A stretch of 62,681 nt of DNA, filler included. It is 4 parts of 4 records of this genome, joined end to end, with 100 filler letters (N's around TTAATTAATTAA, not from the genome) between each part and the next. Parts side by side here need not be neighbours in the genome. Positions count along the whole stretch, not along the records: positions 17,190 to 46,036 come from SRR22947725_6721; positions 46,137 to 62,681 come from SRR22947725_6722; 2 more parts are not named here. One strand, 5' to 3'. The position numbers and the translations under genes were made by a program. Below are positions 42,944-52,908 of this stretch, in pieces; position 1 is the stretch's first letter; the number at the start of each line of letters is the position of its first letter. A model generated the notes under the pieces. That model ran no database searches. It was not told the origin of the DNA and saw only the letters and a program-made list of their open reading frames with translations.

Positions 42944-44236
42944 ATGCTTGATAAAATAAAAGCTTTAACTTTTATAGGTATATTCCTTTTTGCCGCATGC
43001 GGCGAAAAGGAAGATATTGTTCCGGGTCTACGTCTAGATCTTAGGTCAGCAGTTGATGCACAAGTTTTAGAAAATAAAGATTTAACGCTCTCAAAAGCTA
43101 AGATTAATAAAGAATGGACACATAGAAATGGAAGTCAAAGTCATTTTATAAAGCACCCTTCTTTATCGAACGAGCCTTCTGAGATTTGGTCCGAAAAAAT
43201 TGGTGTTGGTAATAAAAGACGTCAAAGACTTGCGGCTGACCCAATCATAGCTGAAAATCGTATTTTTACTCTAGATTCAAATTTTGGTGTTAGTGCATTT
43301 GATGTAAATGGTGAAAAAGTATGGGCGGCTGATTTAACTTCAACTAAAAGTCCAAAAGATAAAATTTCTGGCGGTGGCCTTGCGTATTCAAAAGGAAATT
43401 TAGCTGTATCAACTGGTGCAGGGGAAGTAGTTTTATTAGACGCAGCTACAGGAATTATTCAATGGAGACATGATGTTCAAGGTTCAATATCAGCACCTCC
43501 AACATATGCTAGTGGAATAATTATAGTTATGACTGGGGGAAACCAAGCCATAGCACTAAATGCAAAAAATGGCCGTGTTGTTTGGACCCAAGAATCAAAC
43601 ACAACAGGAGCAGGTATCTTAGGTGCGGGTACTCCAGCTGTTAGTGGGAATTTGGTTGTTCTTCCATTTACATCAGGAGAAGTGTTGGGCGTTTCTTTAA
43701 ATGAGGGGCTTCAATCTTGGAGCCAAGTAATAAACGGTAAACGTGTTGGATCAGCAAATGGTTATGTTAAGGCAGTATCAGGTGATCCTGTAATTGTTGG
43801 AAAAGTAGTTTATGCTGGAACTAACTCTGGTAGACTAGCGGCAATTGATATCACATCTGGAATGAGGGTGTGGACAAAAAAAGAAGGTGCTATTGGCCCA
43901 GTTTGGATAGAAAATAACGCCTTATTTGTCTTAACTGATCAGCAGAAGCTCAAACGCTTAGATCGTAAGAATGGTGCTGAGGTTTGGTCTTATGATTTAC
44001 CAGTTTATAAAAATCCAAAAAGGTCTACTGGGAAATATGGACATTTTAGTCCTGTTCTAGCAGGAAATAAATTATATGTTGCTGGTACTGATAAGAAGAT
44101 ACGCGTTTTTGATCCAAAAACAGGAGAATTATTAAATTCGATTCCTGTTCGAGGCGGAGCTGCCTCACAATTGGCTATAGCAAATGAACGTATGTATATT
44201 CTATCGGGTTCTGGTAAACTCATAGCTTTCCAATAG
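42944..44236 (+). CDS. bamB: PQQ-like beta-propeller lipoprotein (BamB-like)
   Basis: Lipobox FAAC, repeated A.D..G...W blades, yfgM-bamB-der synteny. Confidence 0.8.
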   Translation: MLDKIKALTFIGIFLFAACGEKEDIVPGLRLDLRSAVDAQVLENKDLTLSKAKINKEWTHRNGSQSHFIKHPSLSNEPSEIWSEKIGVGNKRRQRLAADPIIAENRIFTLDSNFGVSAFDVNGEKVWAADLTSTKSPKDKISGGGLAYSKGNLAVSTGAGEVVLLDAATGIIQWRHDVQGSISAPPTYASGIIIVMTGGNQAIALNAKNGRVVWTQESNTTGAGILGAGTPAVSGNLVVLPFTSGEVLGVSLNEGLQSWSQVINGKRVGSANGYVKAVSGDPVIVGKVVYAGTNSGRLAAIDITSGMRVWTKKEGAIGPVWIENNALFVLTDQQKLKRLDRKNGAEVWSYDLPVYKNPKRSTGKYGHFSPVLAGNKLYVAGTDKKIRVFDPKTGELLNSIPVRGGAASQLAIANERMYILSGSGKLIAFQ

Positions 44237-44314
44237 GGATTTTATTGGTTAAAGGCTCTCAGAGATAATAGTGTATTTAAATAAATTGAATGCATTTTTG
44301 CAAAGGCCAAGAAA

Positions 44315-45808
44315 ATGACTTTTACCGTCGCACTTGTCGGACGACCAAATGTAGGAAAATCTACACTATTTAATCGCCTGGTAGGTAGGAGATTAGCTCT
44401 AGTTGATGACCAACCTGGTGTTACTCGTGATTTGCGTGAAGGTGATGCTAAAATGGGCCCTGTAAAGTTTACAGTCATAGATACTGCAGGGTTAGAAGAG
44501 GCAACTGATGAAAGTCTTCAGGGTCGAATGCGCATGTTAACTGAACGCGCAGTTGATATGGCTGATGTTTGTATTTTTATGATGGATGCAAGGGCAGGTG
44601 TCTTGCCAGCAGATAGAGTGTTTGCAGAAATTTTGAGAAAAAAATCAGCTAAGGTGATTTTGGTAGCAAATAAAGCTGAAGGTAATGCAGGCGAAGTTGG
44701 CTTCTTTGATGCTTTTAGTTTGGGTTTAGGTGAGCCTGTCCGCCTTTCTGGTGAGCACGGAGAAGGAATGGTTGATCTCCAGCATGTGCTTATGCCTATA
44801 TCAAAAGAGTTTGAAGAAGATGAAGACCTTTTAGAACCTGAAACTGATATTGATATAGAAGATTTAGATGATGAAGATAGTGGTTTAGAGATTAGTTACT
44901 CAGCTGAGAGGCCTCTACAAATTTCTATCATAGGCAGGCCGAATGCTGGTAAATCTACTTTAGTAAACCAAATATTGGGCCAAGAAAGAATGCTCACTGG
45001 GCCTGAAGCTGGTATAACTCGTGACAGTATTTCTATTAACCATGATTGGGATGATGTTCCCATGCGATTATGGGATACGGCAGGGATACGAAAAAAAGCA
45101 AAAGTACAAGAAAAACTAGAAAAACTTTCAGTTTCTGATGGTTTACGGGCAGTGAAGTTTTCTGAGGTAGTAGTTGTTCTTTTAGACGCAGCAATTCCAT
45201 TTGAACAACAAGATTTGCGCATTGCTGATTTAGCAGAGCGGGAAGGTCGTGCTGTTGTTGTTGCGGTTAATAAGTGGGACGTAGAAACAGAGAAACAAGA
45301 AAAATTAAAAGATATCCGTGAGAAATTTACACGTTTGTTACCTCAACTTCGTGGTGCACCATTAGTGACAATTTCTGCAAAGACTGGTCGAGGATTAGAT
45401 AGACTCCATGCGGCAATTTTAAGTGCGCATAAAGTATGGAATAAACGTTTATCGACATCTCAATGTAACCGTTGGCTTATGGACATGACAGATGCTCATC
45501 CACCACCAGCACCTGGTGGCCGCCGCATTAGATTGAGATATATGACACAAGTTAAAGCAAGACCACCAAGTTTTGTTGTAATGTGTAGTCACCCAGATTT
45601 ACTTCCAACTAGTTACAATAGGTATCTAGTTAATGGCTTGAGGGAAGACTTTAGCATGCCAGGTACCCCAATAAGAATATTTATGCGATCTCAATCTGAT
45701 AAGAACCCATACGCCGATAAAAAAGAAAAGAAAGTCACGAAGTTGAATAAACACCAAGAAGGACGTTATGTTAAAGCTCTTGGTCGTGGTGCAAGAAAAA
45801 GTAGATAG
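44315..45808 (+). CDS. der: Ribosome biogenesis GTPase Der (EngA)
   Basis: Two GTPase domains GRPNVGKS and [10 protein letters not shown]-like C-terminus. Confidence 0.98.
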   Translation: MTFTVALVGRPNVGKSTLFNRLVGRRLALVDDQPGVTRDLREGDAKMGPVKFTVIDTAGLEEATDESLQGRMRMLTERAVDMADVCIFMMDARAGVLPADRVFAEILRKKSAKVILVANKAEGNAGEVGFFDAFSLGLGEPVRLSGEHGEGMVDLQHVLMPISKEFEEDEDLLEPETDIDIEDLDDEDSGLEISYSAERPLQISIIGRPNAGKSTLVNQILGQERMLTGPEAGITRDSISINHDWDDVPMRLWDTAGIRKKAKVQEKLEKLSVSDGLRAVKFSEVVVVLLDAAIPFEQQDLRIADLAEREGRAVVVAVNKWDVETEKQEKLKDIREKFTRLLPQLRGAPLVTISAKTGRGLDRLHAAILSAHKVWNKRLSTSQCNRWLMDMTDAHPPPAPGGRRIRLRYMTQVKARPPSFVVMCSHPDLLPTSYNRYLVNGLREDFSMPGTPIRIFMRSQSDKNPYADKKEKKVTKLNKHQEGRYVKALGRGARKSR

Positions 45809-45858
45809 CTTTGTTTAATCAAATTTTAAGTAAAGTTATTTAAATATATACTTTTTAT

Positions 45859-46036
45859 CTAGAAATCTTGATCACGTGTACTAGTTTGCCAAGGTTTTAC
45901 TAAATTTCCAAAACGTGTGAATTGACCTTCAAATGATAGGTCAACAGTTCCTATTGGCCCATGGCGCTGTTTGCCAATGATTATTTCAGCTTTACCGTGT
46001 AAGGCTTCCATTTCTTCTTGCCACATCATCATTTTA
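45859..46036 (-). CDS. dnaB: Replicative DNA helicase, C-terminal fragment
   Basis: Manual translation [41 protein letters not shown]...*. Confidence 0.92.
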
Positions 46037-46136
46037 NNNNNNNNNNNNNNNNNNNNNNNNNNNNNNNNNNNNNNNNNNNNTTAATTAATTAANNNNNNNN
46101 NNNNNNNNNNNNNNNNNNNNNNNNNNNNNNNNNNNN
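46037..46136. other. Artificial contig spacer
   Basis: N44-TTAATTAATTAA-N44. Confidence 0.98.
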
Positions 46137-46251
46137 CACCAGGAACTATACAAGAAAATTGAGAGTTATCTACCTATATTTCTAGGCTCTCTGAAGAGGA
46201 ACAAAACGCTTTCAACATGATCTTGTTCTTCTTGAGCTATCTCTCGTCCAG

Positions 46252-46719
46252 TCAGTTTCGGCCTGTGTACTTCTGGTCATTCACGATTGATGTGGATGCT
46301 TCGCACAACTGCAGTGGCGTACACTCGTTGACGTTGCCCTCTGGGTCATGGAAGAACAACTGATGCCAATCCTTGGCGAAGGCAGTCCCATAGTCTGATT
46401 ATGGGATGGAATGCTGATCTAGCATTGCCTTGAAGGCTTCGATGTCATCTGTGCGGAAGGTGATGTGACCACGTTCAACAGGGTTGATCACCTCACCATT
46501 CTTGAAGGCAACAGTCAGGTCTTTGGTAGCAAGGTGCATCTGCATCTGACCATCAGTGGCAAACCTGATCTTCCCATCATAGCCACTGGTGGACGTCGCC
46601 TCAGGTCTGGGGAAGGAGGACATGGGAATATCAGCAAGACCTAGGATGTTGGTGTAGAAGTCATGCAGCCAGTCAACGTCCTCAGAGACATAGTTGATGT
46701 GGTGGAACTCTAGCTTCAT
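46252..46719 (-). pseudogene. VOC/glyoxalase family gene with an in-frame TAA
   Basis: FHHINY...FYTNILGL...GHITFR; after TAA (46399-46401) the frame continues SDYGTAFAKDWHQLFFHDPEGNV. Confidence 0.8.
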
Positions 46720-46914
46720 GACTTCATCTCAATCCTAGTAAGGATGGCTGGGGTTCATGATCCCCATCAAAGAGTGAAGGGACAAGGGGACAAAGTCTTA
46801 TAAAGGTATCTATAGCATTCTGTCCCCGACTGGGGAGACATGATCCCCACTTCCACCCTCACACCAAAGTCTAGCTACCCTTACATTAGTCAGACGTTTT
46901 TACTGACTTTATGG

Positions 46915-47112
46915 ATGAACCAGATGGACAACACGATCATCCCCGCCAATGCCCACAAGCAACGCTGCCCACGATGCCAATCACCCCTGCATACGGTGGT
47001 GGTGCATGGGCATGAGCAGTGTGTGACCTGCAAGTCGAACATCTTCGAGTGCTGCTCAGGGGATACCTGCGAGACTGATCACAACCTCAGCCTTGGCTAC
47101 AAGCGGGGCTGA
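46915..47112 (+). CDS. Small Cys/His-rich putative zinc-binding protein
   Basis: CPRC...VHGHEQCVTC...ECCSGDTC; start 46915 or 46924. Confidence 0.6.
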   Translation: MNQMDNTIIPANAHKQRCPRCQSPLHTVVVHGHEQCVTCKSNIFECCSGDTCETDHNLSLGYKRG

Positions 47113-47317
47113 CACTTCGGGGTTAGCTAAGGTGTCAGGCTCAATCCGCCGTGACACTCGGGCTATACTCAGGGAACTTCAAAACCTCCCCGCTGGCAGA
47201 GGCCATGTATCTACTACCCACAGCCCCCGTCTGGCCCATGCCCCCCCACCGCAATCTCAAGGGCACAAGCAGAGGTACGCTTGCAGCAGGCGGGTTCCTG
47301 CTTGGTGGAACGACAAA

Positions 47318-47365
47318 AGGGAACAACCCAGGGAACCCTACTGGTACTGACCAAATTACTGACCA
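47318..47365. repeat. Two pairs of direct repeats with 12-bp period (AGGGAAC x2; TACTGACCA x2), putative integrase arm sites
   Basis: AGGGAAC at 47318 and 47330; TACTGACCA at 47345 and 47357. Confidence 0.55.
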
Positions 47366-47459
47366 GAAGAGACCTACTTGTGATGAACTGTCGTTACGAC
47401 ATATCAATAAACATTGAGTGTTGAACGATGAATGGCTCTTGGATCAGGAACCAGCAACA

Positions 47460-47473
47460 TCTCCTGGGCACCA
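47460..47473 (+). mobile_element. Putative attR: 3' end of tRNA-Leu(CAG) (TCTCCTGGGCACCA) marking an island boundary
   Basis: Matches typical tRNA-Leu 3' end without the tRNA body; GC rises sharply to the right; arm-like repeats ~100 bp left. Confidence 0.6.
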
Positions 47474-47626
47474 ATCGACCTCGTGTCGGTCGTCACTTCC
47501 CGAAATCGGAAATTGCATTTGCGCGGTATCGTGACCGGCGCAGCACTGCGCAAGTTTGCGAAACCTGTCGCATTTGAGCGCCGGGGGGCTTATGTCACGA
47601 CAAACGCGGCATAAGGGGATCGGATC

Positions 47627-48238
47627 GTGACCATTCATTTCCATCAAAATGATCTGCCCGACGGGCTGAACCTTGGGTCGGTCGTCGCGATCGATTGCGA
47701 AACGATGGGCCTGAACCCGCATCGCGACAGGCTTTGCCTTGTTCAACTCTCGGCTGGTGATGGCGATGCGCATCTGGTGCAGATCGCGCCGGGCCAAAAG
47801 ACCGCGCCCAACCTGTCGCGGCTTTTGACCGACCCTGCGGTGCTGAAGCTGTTTCACTTTGGCCGCTTCGACATCGCGGTGATGTATCATGCCTTTGGCG
47901 CGCTTACCGCCCCGGTCTATTGCACCAAGATCGCCTCCAAGCTGATCCGCACGTTCACCGACCGCCACGGACTTAAAAACCTTCTGCAAGAGTTGCTCGA
48001 TACCGACATCTCCAAGATGCAGCAGACATCGGATTGGGGGGCGCCCGATCTGACCGAAGCGCAGAAAGCCTATGCCGCCTCGGATGTGCTTTACCTGCAT
48101 CGCCTGAAAGAGGCGCTTGATCCGCTCTTGGCCCGCGAAAGCAGGACCGAGATCGCGCAGGCCTGTTTCGATTTCTTGCCGACCCGTGCCCGGCTTGACC
48201 TTGCCGGTTGGCCGGAAATCGACATTTTCAGCCACTAG
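47627..48238 (+). CDS. rnd: Ribonuclease D (short 3'-5' exonuclease form)
   Basis: AIDCETMG, KLFHFGRFD, YAASDV; GTG start. Confidence 0.92.
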   Translation: MTIHFHQNDLPDGLNLGSVVAIDCETMGLNPHRDRLCLVQLSAGDGDAHLVQIAPGQKTAPNLSRLLTDPAVLKLFHFGRFDIAVMYHAFGALTAPVYCTKIASKLIRTFTDRHGLKNLLQELLDTDISKMQQTSDWGAPDLTEAQKAYAASDVLYLHRLKEALDPLLARESRTEIAQACFDFLPTRARLDLAGWPEIDIFSH

Positions 48239-48247
48239 GCAGGGCCG

Positions 48248-48844
48248 ATGGCAGGGCCGAACCGATATTCAACGCTGGTGTCTTGGGCCAAGGTATTGCT
48301 GCCACTGACGGCGCTTGGGCTTTTGTCGACGCTGTTTTTGTTCTCGCGCACCCCTAACCCGCAAGACGCCTTGCTGTTCAATGATGTCGATATCGGCCAG
48401 CTCGGCACCGAGCGGCGCCTGACCGAGCCGCGTTTCGCGGGCATCTTGGGCGATGGCCAGCCAGTCACCCTGACCGCGGATCGCGCGGTGCAGCGGAAGG
48501 ATGACCCTAACACGTTGCAAATGGACAGGGTGGAAACCGAAGTCGCGTTGAAGGACGGCGAAAACCTGCATCTGACAGCGGACCATGGCAATTATGATTC
48601 CCTCGCACAAATCGTCGATCTGACAGGTGCGGTGAACGCACAAACCACGGCAGGCTATCAACTGATGTCCGAGCGCGTTCTCGTCGCGATGGCCGCGATG
48701 CAGATGACCTCACCCGGTGCGGTCATGCTACGCGGGCCGGGAATGATGCTCGAAGCGGGCGCGATGCAATTGACCGGACCCGAAGGGCAGGCTTTGGTGC
48801 ATTTCACAGGCGGCGTTCGCCTGCTATACGACGTGCAGAATTGA
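48248..48844 (+). CDS. lptC: LPS export protein LptC
   Basis: KVLLPL..L.LLSTLFL TM, FTGGVRLLY; precedes lptA/lptB. Confidence 0.85.
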   Translation: MAGPNRYSTLVSWAKVLLPLTALGLLSTLFLFSRTPNPQDALLFNDVDIGQLGTERRLTEPRFAGILGDGQPVTLTADRAVQRKDDPNTLQMDRVETEVALKDGENLHLTADHGNYDSLAQIVDLTGAVNAQTTAGYQLMSERVLVAMAAMQMTSPGAVMLRGPGMMLEAGAMQLTGPEGQALVHFTGGVRLLYDVQN

Positions 48845-48855
48845 AAAGACGGATA

Positions 48856-49359
48856 ATGACCCTTCGCCTGACGCTTATCGCTATTGCAGTTGCCGGTTTG
48901 GTTGGGGTGATCCAGCCAGCCACCGCACAAGTTGCGATTGGGTTTGGCGGCGTGGCCCATGATTCCAATCAGCCGGTCGAGGCGGTGTCGGACAATCTCA
49001 CCATCGATCAAACAAATGGGCGTGCGCTGTTTTCGGGCAATGTCATCATCATTCAGGGCGATCTGCGGATCGCTGCCGAAGATGTCGAGGTGATCTATAG
49101 CGACATTGATGGGCAGCGCGGCGTGGATGAGGTCATCGCCACGGGCGGCGTTTTGATCACCCGCGGTGAAGATGCCGCCGAAGGAGAGGATGCGGTCTAT
49201 TCCGTCGCCGCCGCAACCCTGACGATGACAGGGGATGTTTTGGTGACCCAAGGGACGACGACCATCGCGGGCGACAGCATGGTGGTCGATATGACCACAG
49301 GCGATGGCATCGTCGAAGGCAGGGTGCGCACCGTTCTCACACCGCAGTCCGCCCCATGA
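48856..49359 (+). CDS. lptA: LPS transport periplasmic protein LptA/OstA
   Basis: Signal peptide, ALFSGNV, GRVRTVL; start 48841 or 48856. Confidence 0.88.
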   Translation: MTLRLTLIAIAVAGLVGVIQPATAQVAIGFGGVAHDSNQPVEAVSDNLTIDQTNGRALFSGNVIIIQGDLRIAAEDVEVIYSDIDGQRGVDEVIATGGVLITRGEDAAEGEDAVYSVAAATLTMTGDVLVTQGTTTIAGDSMVVDMTTGDGIVEGRVRTVLTPQSAP

Positions 49360-50120
49360 GCGAGGCACGCCCCCCTCTCAGCGTCACGCAAGGCGCGCAA
49401 GGTCTGGTCGTGGACCGGCTGCGCAAATCCTACCGCAAAAGGCCGGTGATCCGTGATGTGTCGATCACCTTGGCCCGTGGCGAGGTCGTCGCACTACTGG
49501 GTCCGAATGGATCGGGCAAAACCACGTCGTTTTATTGTATCGCGGGGCTGATCACACCCGATGGCGGCACGGTGACCATCGATGGCCGTGATGTGACGCT
49601 TTTGCCGATGTATCGCCGTGCGCGCGCCGGGATCGGCTACCTGCCACAGGAAATGTCGATTTTCCGCGGCCTCAGCGTGGAAGAGAATATTCTCGCCATC
49701 CTGGAGATCGTGGAACCTGACCGCGCGCGGCGCAATGATCGACTGGAAGAATTGTTGGCCGATTTTTCGATCGGCCATCTCCGCCGTGCAGCCGCCCTTT
49801 CGCTTTCGGGCGGCGAGCGGCGCCGTGTCGAGATTGCGCGCTGCCTCGCATCACGCCCACGCTATGTTTTGCTGGACGAGCCGTTTGCCGGTGTCGACCC
49901 GATTGCCGTGGGCGATATCAGGAACCTCGTGCAAGACCTCAAGTCGCGGGGAATCGGTGTGCTGATCACCGATCACAATGTCCGCGAGACACTCGAAATC
50001 GTGGATCGTGCTTATATTCTGCATGATGGGGTCATCATAAAATCTGGAACCCCCGACGAGGTGGTGCGCGACGAGGATGTCCGGCGCGTCTATCTTGGAC
50101 AAAGCTTCCGGATTACGTAA
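49356..50120 (+). CDS. lptB: LPS export ABC ATPase LptB
   Basis: GPNGSGKTT, GYLPQE, LSGGERRRVE, DEPFAGVDP, TDHNVRETL. Confidence 0.97.
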   Translation: MSEARPPLSVTQGAQGLVVDRLRKSYRKRPVIRDVSITLARGEVVALLGPNGSGKTTSFYCIAGLITPDGGTVTIDGRDVTLLPMYRRARAGIGYLPQEMSIFRGLSVEENILAILEIVEPDRARRNDRLEELLADFSIGHLRRAAALSLSGGERRRVEIARCLASRPRYVLLDEPFAGVDPIAVGDIRNLVQDLKSRGIGVLITDHNVRETLEIVDRAYILHDGVIIKSGTPDEVVRDEDVRRVYLGQSFRIT

Positions 50121-50344
50121 CCAAGCGCTCTGCTGGTCGTTGACAGCCAGCCACAGGCGTCGCCTAATGCGGGTGATGTTCGCGTTCGCTTCATCCCTGA
50201 TCCCACCGGGCCGCGCCCGGGAAAAGCCCCACAACGGGGGGCTCTGGATTGCCCTTAACCGAAACAGACCGAACATATCTCGCGCGCGGCGCATGGGCTA
50301 TCCCGGCCCATGAACGCCCCGTGCCTACGAATGGTGGAGACCAC

Positions 50345-50920
50345 ATGCGCTACCAAATCACCGGAAAGCAGATCGATATCGGCGAAGCCCTGCAAACCCA
50401 CGTAAAGACCAGCCTTGGCGCGGCCGTCAGCAAATATGCCGAGCGCCCGACCGATGCGACGGTCTTTTTCTCGCGGTCAGGGTCGGAATTCGTCTGTGAA
50501 ACAACGGTCCACCTTTCGACGGGTTTGACGGCATCGGCCAAAGGGCATGCGCATGAGATCTATGCCGCTTTCGAGGGGTCTTGCGAGAAAATGGAGAAAC
50601 AGCTGCGCCGTTATAAGCGGCGGCTGAAGGATCACCACCGCGATCGGCAAAGCCCCGTTGAAACCAGCGACGCGCCGATGTATGTCCTCGCGCCAGCCGG
50701 GCATGATGAAGAGGAACATGAGCCGCAGGATCTTCAGCCCATTATCGTGGCTGAGATGGAAGCGAAAATTCCGTCGCTCTCAGTGGGTGAAGCCGTGATG
50801 CAGATGGAGTTGGCCGGCGCATCCGTCATGGTCTTTCGGAACGAAAAGCATAGCGGTGTGAACGTGGTTTACCGGCGTGACGATGGAAATGTCGGCTGGA
50901 TAGACCCGCGACCAGAATGA
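50345..50920 (+). CDS. hpf: Ribosome hibernation factor (long HPF/RaiA)
   Basis: QITGKQIDIG, KQLRRYKRRL, VVYRRDDGNVGWID; GGAG RBS. Confidence 0.93.
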   Translation: MRYQITGKQIDIGEALQTHVKTSLGAAVSKYAERPTDATVFFSRSGSEFVCETTVHLSTGLTASAKGHAHEIYAAFEGSCEKMEKQLRRYKRRLKDHHRDRQSPVETSDAPMYVLAPAGHDEEEHEPQDLQPIIVAEMEAKIPSLSVGEAVMQMELAGASVMVFRNEKHSGVNVVYRRDDGNVGWIDPRPE

Positions 50921-50994
50921 CCAATACGCGCACCGCGCCACAAGGCTGCGGTGCGCGAAACAGATCCGGTTCCCGGATCATTACGGGGTATGAA

Positions 50995-51459
50995 ATGGAC
51001 TTGTCGTCGCTTTTGAAGCCGCGCGCCGTCAAAGTATTGACCGACGTCACGAGTAAGAAACGCCTGATGCAATCGATCTCGGCATTGGCGCATGATCTGA
51101 TCGAATTGCCCGAAGGCCAGATCTTCGACGCATTGCAGGAACGCGAAAGCCTTGGACCAACGGGGGTTGGACATGGCGTGGCGCTGCCGCATGCGCAGCT
51201 GCCCGAGTTGACCGAGGTGCATGGCGCATTCTTCCGGCTTGAAAAGCCGGTCGATTTCGATGCGGCCGATAAACAGCCTGTCGATCTGGTCTTTGCCCTG
51301 TTCGCGCCGGCCGATACCGGCGTCGATCACCTCAAGGCTTTGGCGCTCGTATCACGCACTTTGCGCGATGCAGGCCTGCGGGCAAAGCTGCGCGCCAATA
51401 GCGATGCGGCGACATTGCATACGCTGCTCACCGAATACGCGACATCGAAAGCGGCCTGA
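50995..51459 (+). CDS. ptsN: PTS IIA-Ntr nitrogen regulatory protein
   Basis: RESLGPTGVGHGVALPH, PVDLVFAL, HLKALA. Confidence 0.93.
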   Translation: MDLSSLLKPRAVKVLTDVTSKKRLMQSISALAHDLIELPEGQIFDALQERESLGPTGVGHGVALPHAQLPELTEVHGAFFRLEKPVDFDAADKQPVDLVFALFAPADTGVDHLKALALVSRTLRDAGLRAKLRANSDAATLHTLLTEYATSKAA

Positions 51460-51470
51460 GCGCCAGGCGC

Positions 51471-52905
51471 TCAAGCTTCCTTCCATCGCTGAAAGCCAAG
51501 GTTCAGGTAATCGCGCCGATAGGCATCGAGGGCCGCTTTCTCGACAGTGCCGTCATAGATGGCGTCAAGCGCGATCGGGGTCGGAATGCCCTCTGGCTTG
51601 GGATGCGGCGGGTCGGTCACCCCTGCTGCACGGGCCAGATCGTGCAGCGCTGCTTGCATCTCTTCCTCGCGGATCAGGGCATGGGGCAAGGTGACATTGG
51701 CCATACCCTGCAGAATCGCCGATTGCGTCGCCCAGGCGGTATCGACGCGAATGCTGGTCTGTCCGGCAAGGTTCGGCTTGAGAAACGCCAAAAAGGCGAG
51801 AAATGCCGCCTTTTGCATTTCCTCCGTCCAATCCGTACCGGGCGCTTTGGCAGGCAGTGGCAGCTTGTAGCGCTGGCGCATGACCTTGCGCGGCTCTTCA
51901 TAGATTGGGCGCGGTGGGCAGGATGAACCGACAAAAGCTGTTATAGGCCCGCGCCACAGGGTGACGCAGCACACTGAAGCTGCGGTAGCCGGGGTGATCC
52001 TTCATCCATTGGCGAAGGTCCTTTTGGCTCATCTTGCGCAAAAGCGCGTCGCGCCCCACCCCACCGATGGCACCCATCCAGTCCAATATCGCGGCTTCGG
52101 GCGCGCCCTTGAGGGGCAGAAACAACAATCCCACCTCGGGATGGGCGACAAAGCCGGGCACACCGGCCGGGCGGGGTGGTTCATACTCTTGCGTGACCGA
52201 TAGGCCAAAGCGGTCAAGATCACGTAGACCGACCAGCATTTCCTCGTAATTCTCGACCTTTTGCGACAGGTCTTCGGGGTTTTGCTTTTTGAGTTTCGTC
52301 GACGTCGCCTCGACCCGCGCCTCAGAGCCAAGGAATGCGGCAAGCCCGTTCAACACCTCTGGATCGTTGATATCCTCGTAGCGGATGTGGAATGCCGCCT
52401 GGCCCGACAGCTGAAGGCCACGTCGCAAATGGCGCTGAAAGCCCATCAACTGATCCATCAGATCATTGAACTCGGCCAGATCGAAACGAATGCGCGCAGT
52501 CTTGAGATGCCGCGTATCCGTCAGCCGCCACTGGCCTGTCTCACTGGCGATCTTGCGGCTGACATAGCTGTCGAGCGGATTGCGCGTCAGAATGACCTTG
52601 GCGATCCGCGGGTCGGGCAAGACGCGCTCGACCACGCGATCATCATGGTCATGAAACAGCCGAAAGCCCGGCAAACCCTCGGTCTGGGCGATGATCGCAT
52701 CCAACAGGCCGATGGGATCACGCTCGCGGCGGTCCATGTCGAAGCCGAACAACTCAAAGCGGTTGTGATGGCCCAAAAAGGTTGGGTTATACACTTCGCC
52801 GTGACAGGTCACATCCGGCAGCGCGTTCAGGCTTTCCTCAAGATAATTGGAACCCGTCCGCATCTCGGCAAAAAGAACGAAGGCGTCAAAGCGGCGTGCG
52901 GCCAT
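51471..52905 (-). pseudogene. NodH/Stf0-like sulfotransferase with two ST-like domains, frameshifted near 51900-51910
   Basis: FAEMRTGSN and LTRNPLDSYVS motifs; second domain VLRHPVARAYNSF; continues in another frame YEEPRK...AYRRDYLNLGF. Real or sequencing error unknown. Confidence 0.75.
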
Positions 52906-52908
52906 GGA

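Noticed and set aside
47093..47614. Short ORFs 47093-47350, 47141-47407, 47151-47417, 47432-47614
   Set aside because: Mutually overlapping, no motifs, and they span repeat/att DNA
50121..50344. GC hairpins upstream of hpf as a raiA-motif RNA or rpoN remnant
   Set aside because: No recognisable motif or RpoN-like translation; hairpins are expected at this GC content
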